Shown here one piece after another: positions 59,961 to 64,000 of a stretch of 64,000 nt of DNA. This stretch comes from Elusimicrobiota bacterium (lineage in GTDB: Bacteria > Elusimicrobiota > UBA5214 > JBBAAG01), in contig JBBAAG010000001.1 of assembly GCA_041658405.1 (NCBI GenBank), positions 43,386-107,385 of the forward strand. Direction: 5' to 3'. The position numbers and the translations under genes were made by a program. The notes beneath the pieces were generated by a model, which saw nothing but the letters and a program-made list of their open reading frames with translations, was not told the origin of the DNA and made no database searches. How positions within the stretch are numbered: the first letter of the stretch is position 1; each line of letters begins with the position of its first letter.

Positions 59961-62327
59961 ATGCGTAAATTGTTAATCGCCATTGCCGTTACCGTCGCCA
60001 CTGCGATCTCATCAAGCTTGCAAGGAGCTAACATTGTGTATCCAAACTACATTGGCAAGATAATCCCCGCACCAAAAGAGGTTGTGTACTACCCGGACTT
60101 TTTGATGGTATACAAAAAAAGCGCAGTGGCGTCTTCGCTGTTAATAGTAACTTCGTCGACAGTTGCTCCGGCGGTAGAGTATGCCATTGAATTATTCAAC
60201 GGTAAATTACAGTTTGTTTCTAGCACAACCTCTGTCGTTGACGTTATCTCCGCTCCGTTGAAGGATTACGGGAAGTATGACACTATTATCTCCTTGGGAG
60301 ATAATGGATTAACCGAAGAGCTTGAGAATAAATATAACCTTACCTACAGCACAACAGCACTGGCGAATAGCGAAGGGTATGTTGTCAAAACGGTAAAACA
60401 TAACAATAAAAACGTAATTATCTGTAAAAGCAATACATCCCGCGGGCTGGCATACTCATTGATATCGTTGATTCACATGATGACTACGGATAAGGACGGT
60501 AATGTTGTGCTTCAAAAAGTTGAGGTTACCGACTGGCCATCATACAAAGTTCGTACTGTCAGCGGAACTACGCAATTCGCTAAGATGAAAGAGTATGCGC
60601 GGTGGATGCCGTTGTACAAGCTCAATATGATCGACATAAACTACAACACGCACGATTGGCGAAACCCGGATCAACGATACACCGAGTTTGTTAAAGATGT
60701 GTGTAACAATAGCCGTGATATCGGGTTAGTTGATATCATGCAGTTCGTCAACCCGTACTACTCTGTGAAGGTAACAACATCGTCAAGGATCGTGGTATCC
60801 GACCCCGCAGAACGTGACCGGTTGTTTGCCGATTTTGAGAACAGCCTCGCGCAGGGAGGGAAGTATATAATGCTTTGCGCTGATGACTATACGCATTACA
60901 AAGATAAAGAGTTTATCCTGTTTTACGAAGGGGATAAACAAATGTTTAAAACTGTCGCTGATGCCCAGGCATTCCTTGTGAACGACGTATACCGCCGGGT
61001 GAAAGCTAAATATCCTGAGACAACAATTATTTTCTGCGCACCGCATTATAGCAACGGACACGTGTACGGGTGGAGCCGCGAGCCAAAACTTGCAATTGAT
61101 TATTTTAAAGAACTCGCGGATAAAATACCGTTGGACGTTCCTATCGTATGGACCGGCCCAACGGTGCGGTCGTTCAAGATTACGGAAGATGATGTTAAAG
61201 TTTTTTCCGGTTTCATCAACGGGCGGATACCGTTCCTCTGGGATAATACGTCATACGCGCATCATAAACCATTGATTTGTTTTTTTGATGCCTACGAAAT
61301 CGACTTACCTGCAAACTTTTATGAACTTACCAACCCAAGCGGGATTCATATGAACGGAACTGTTAGTGAAATTTACAAACTTACGCATGTTACCGGCGGT
61401 GACTATATGTGGAACCCAGGGAAGTATAACGCTAACCAGTCAACAAAAGATACGCTAGCGTCTTTACTTGGCCCATCCTGTGCAGAACCGGTATTGGATT
61501 TGAAAAACCAGTATTTTGAAACGTTAAACGTTGTGTTGACCACCCCGAGGAACAAAAGTTACCAATCAACTGTATCCTCGAGCCTCTCAATCCTTGACGC
61601 TAAACTTGACAGCGTTGCAAAAGTGTGCAATGATACCGCGATGATGTCTGAGATACGCAACACCATCCGCACCCCGCGGGTGGAGTACCAAAAGGTGCTG
61701 GACATAAAAAAAGTTGTAGTCAAGAAACTTATGTCCGGAGCGAAGCTTGACCCGGCCATATCTTTTACCGACGAAAAGTGGGAAACGCTTACCCGTACTT
61801 CACAATTTATTCCGATGGATAACAGCGGTAAAATACCGCCTACCTACGCGTATGTAGGGTATGACAATAACAATTTGTATATCGCCGTCGTTGCGGAAGA
61901 ACCCTATGTAAACAAGCTCGGCGGAAAGGTTACCAAGCGTGACAGCGGGGTGTACAACGAAGATAGTATCGAACTGTTTATCGACCCGAAACTTACACGC
62001 GATACTTACTGGCACCTAGGGGTTAATAGTATCAACACACAGTACGATAGCCAGGTGAAACCGGGGACTTCAAAAACCGCGGAAGCAAATATTGAATGGA
62101 TGTCAAACGTAGAAAAAGATTATAATAAGTCGCGCTGGATTGCAAAGTTTGTTATCCCGTTTAAGTCGTTAGGCATGGTACCCGTAGCTGGGGATACCTG
62201 GGGATTGAACTTAAACCGCCAACGGTATATTGATATCGCCGACCCGCAGGAACTATCTACGTGGGCAGGCCTTACCGGTCGGATGTTTTTCCAGCCCAAA
62301 CTGTTTGGAGAGCTGGTATTTGAATAA
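59961..62327 (+). CDS. Secreted glycoside hydrolase-like protein (GH84/GH20-like N-terminal region) with C-terminal CBM9/DOMON-like domain
   Basis: It has a signal peptide. The N-terminus VYPNYIGKIIPAPKEVVYY resembles the hexosaminidase N-domain. The C-terminus NEDSIELFIDP...YWHLGVNS is CBM9-like. Confidence 0.45.
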   Translation: MRKLLIAIAVTVATAISSSLQGANIVYPNYIGKIIPAPKEVVYYPDFLMVYKKSAVASSLLIVTSSTVAPAVEYAIELFNGKLQFVSSTTSVVDVISAPLKDYGKYDTIISLGDNGLTEELENKYNLTYSTTALANSEGYVVKTVKHNNKNVIICKSNTSRGLAYSLISLIHMMTTDKDGNVVLQKVEVTDWPSYKVRTVSGTTQFAKMKEYARWMPLYKLNMIDINYNTHDWRNPDQRYTEFVKDVCNNSRDIGLVDIMQFVNPYYSVKVTTSSRIVVSDPAERDRLFADFENSLAQGGKYIMLCADDYTHYKDKEFILFYEGDKQMFKTVADAQAFLVNDVYRRVKAKYPETTIIFCAPHYSNGHVYGWSREPKLAIDYFKELADKIPLDVPIVWTGPTVRSFKITEDDVKVFSGFINGRIPFLWDNTSYAHHKPLICFFDAYEIDLPANFYELTNPSGIHMNGTVSEIYKLTHVTGGDYMWNPGKYNANQSTKDTLASLLGPSCAEPVLDLKNQYFETLNVVLTTPRNKSYQSTVSSSLSILDAKLDSVAKVCNDTAMMSEIRNTIRTPRVEYQKVLDIKKVVVKKLMSGAKLDPAISFTDEKWETLTRTSQFIPMDNSGKIPPTYAYVGYDNNNLYIAVVAEEPYVNKLGGKVTKRDSGVYNEDSIELFIDPKLTRDTYWHLGVNSINTQYDSQVKPGTSKTAEANIEWMSNVEKDYNKSRWIAKFVIPFKSLGMVPVAGDTWGLNLNRQRYIDIADPQELSTWAGLTGRMFFQPKLFGELVFE

Positions 62328-62344
62328 AGAAGGTAAACAGAACC

Positions 62345-64000
62345 ATGAAAAACAAATGTGCTTACTTAAGGATGCTGGTCGTATTATTACTATCGTCCCC
62401 CGCTTGGATTACCTGTACAAATGTTATGGGAGAAAATACTAAAGTGTTATTATCGCAAAAACAACGGCCGTATATTATCGTTAATAAAGACAAAGTCGCG
62501 GAGATAAAAGAACGTATACAAAAGTATGAATGGGCAAAAACCATTGCGGACCGGTTAATAAAACAGGCGAATAACATTGTTGCAACGCCAGTTAACATAC
62601 CGGATACCGGCGGGGAGTGGACACACTACTATGCGTGTCGGCAATGCGGCCGTACGCTGGATTATGTTGACGGTAAAAACTGGTGCCCTGTCTGTAAACT
62701 TGACCATCCCGGGATGCCGTATGATGGTGTTGTTGTCTCGCGTAAGCATCACGCTATTTTAGACAACCTTTTCAACGTTTCTATCGTATATGCACTTACC
62801 AGCGATACACGGTATGCTAAGCACGTGCGGGATGTTTTAACTGGTTATGCGGAGAGATATCGTAACTATCCTCTACACGGGGTGAGGTCAAGAACGAATG
62901 ATAAATCATGGGGTCATGTGTTTTCACAAACACTGGACGAAGCCGTAACGTTTATCTCCGTGGTATGGGCATACGATATTATCTGTAGTAATACGGTTTT
63001 CTCTGATATTGATAAACAAAATATTGAACAAAACCTTTTTCTTGAAGTAGCGAAGAATATTATGCGTAACAATTCGGGACGTAGTAACTGGCAGTCGTGG
63101 CATAATGGATTGCTTACTGCTGTGGGGTTGTGTTTAAACGATTCCAAGATGGTAAGCGATGCGTTGTACGGTGATAGCGGGTTACAGTTTCAACTAAATA
63201 ACTCTGTCCTCCCCGACGGTTTCTGGTATGAAAGTTCGCCGTCATACCATTTTTATGCGTTAAAGCCTATCAGAGAAACCGTAGAGATGGCTTCTCTGGC
63301 AGGTATTACAGAGTTTGTGGATAATAAACAGTACCGTTCATTATTCGCTGCACCGCTGGAATATGTCCAGCCGAACCTGCGGTTCCCGGGGGTAAGCGAT
63401 GCGGCAGAGTTTTCGCTTTCCGGGGAAAGCGCTAATTACGAGTACGCATACGCAAAGTTTCGTGATCCAAACTACGCGACAGCAATAAAATCGCGGGGAC
63501 GGAATTCAATGGAAGCGTTACTTTACGGCGTAGAACCGTTACCCGAAACCGCGGGGTTAGTCCTTACCAGCAAGAATTTTGGCGGCTTAGGCGCAGCTGT
63601 ATTACGTGAAGGTACAGGGTCAGATCAGCTTTATCTCCACTTCGACTACGGCCCTTATGGGTCAGGCCACGGGCATCCGGATAAACTCGCTATACATTTA
63701 TACGGATACGGGAAAGTGTTGGCGCCGGATCCTGGGGTACTCAATTACGGTGCAGCACAGTTTACTTGGTGGTACAAACAAACGTTGTCTCATAATACAG
63801 TTTTGATTAATGAAAAAAGCCAGGCAAAGGTAGACGGGATACTTGAGTTTTTCCATACTGAACCCGGCTTCCACGTGGCACGCGGTATGTGTGATAATTT
63901 ATACCCTGGTGTGGCTATGCGGAGAACCGTAGTGCTTACCGACAAATACGTGGTTGATATTTTTGATATCGACTGCGGTACTGTTCCTGTGACAATCGAT
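62345..64000 (+). CDS. Secreted heparinase II/III-like / alginate-lyase-like polysaccharide lyase, 3'-partial (runs off window)
   Basis: The frame is open from the ATG at 62345 to the window end, so the track does not list it. It has a signal peptide. WQSWHNGLLTAVGL, FWYESSPSYHFYAL and GHGHPDKLAIHLYGYG are heparinase II/III-family motifs. It has an inserted Zn-ribbon (CRQC...CPVC). Confidence 0.6.
   Translation, partial: MKNKCAYLRMLVVLLLSSPAWITCTNVMGENTKVLLSQKQRPYIIVNKDKVAEIKERIQKYEWAKTIADRLIKQANNIVATPVNIPDTGGEWTHYYACRQCGRTLDYVDGKNWCPVCKLDHPGMPYDGVVVSRKHHAILDNLFNVSIVYALTSDTRYAKHVRDVLTGYAERYRNYPLHGVRSRTNDKSWGHVFSQTLDEAVTFISVVWAYDIICSNTVFSDIDKQNIEQNLFLEVAKNIMRNNSGRSNWQSWHNGLLTAVGLCLNDSKMVSDALYGDSGLQFQLNNSVLPDGFWYESSPSYHFYALKPIRETVEMASLAGITEFVDNKQYRSLFAAPLEYVQPNLRFPGVSDAAEFSLSGESANYEYAYAKFRDPNYATAIKSRGRNSMEALLYGVEPLPETAGLVLTSKNFGGLGAAVLREGTGSDQLYLHFDYGPYGSGHGHPDKLAIHLYGYGKVLAPDPGVLNYGAAQFTWWYKQTLSHNTVLINEKSQAKVDGILEFFHTEPGFHVARGMCDNLYPGVAMRRTVVLTDKYVVDIFDIDCGTVPVTID

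Noticed and set aside
1-64000. CRISPR arrays, IS elements, integrases, rRNA
   Set aside because: I saw no short regularly spaced direct repeats, no transposase or integrase-like ORFs and no rRNA-like conserved stretches. The only candidate mobile region is the AT-rich island, which lacks recombinase genes.

Overview
This window is a gene-dense stretch of bacterial chromosome, probably from an anaerobe: it carries desulfoferrodoxin, indolepyruvate:ferredoxin oxidoreductase and Fe-S aldo/keto reductases. About 60 CDSs and one tRNA-Leu(CAA) are supported. No rRNA, CRISPR array, transposase or integrase was recognised.

Gene content by region:
- 1-6.1 kb, plus strand: a GAF-ANTAR regulator, a sigma/LuxR-like regulator, nadE, a GltB-domain-2-like FMN protein, a 50-aa Cys-rich micro-ORF and pyrG.
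- 6.1-15.9 kb, minus strand: an aryl-acid module containing two paralogous ACT + PaaK-like CoA-ligase cassettes, one of them attached to iorAB.
- 17.5-32.9 kb, minus strand: a long run of co-directional housekeeping genes (ilvB, ilvD, cimA/leuA, lysC, thrB, thiC, a hypothetical gene, rfaE, gmhA, accC, accB, efp, pepP, aroB, aroK).
- 35-45 kb and 57.7-64 kb: two loci of secreted CAZyme-like proteins. Four of them carry a recurring CBM9/DOMON-like domain, one fused to a metallophosphoesterase. The second locus ends in a heparinase II/III-like lyase.
- 45.6-47.7 kb: a module of two tandem stand-alone REC domains, a coiled-coil membrane protein and an M50B-like membrane metalloprotease.

The most interesting feature is a sharply bounded island at about 48.73-51.97 kb. 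It is AT-rich (about 30-35% GC by eye, against about 45-50% in the flanks) and sits exactly between a Gfo/Idh/MocA gene and zupT. An 8-bp direct repeat TATAAAAC appears to flank it. It holds two divergent genes. One is a 312-aa protein with an N-terminal PUA/EVE-like domain and a C-terminal HNH_2 nuclease, which resembles a type IV restriction enzyme. The other is a 665-aa protein with an N-terminal PD-(D/E)xK nuclease and a DUF2075 SF1-helicase-like P-loop ATPase, a Schlafen/Nhi-like layout. I interpret this as a horizontally acquired anti-phage defence cassette that may not have been described as a system.

All calls rest on motif recognition by eye; no database searches were possible.
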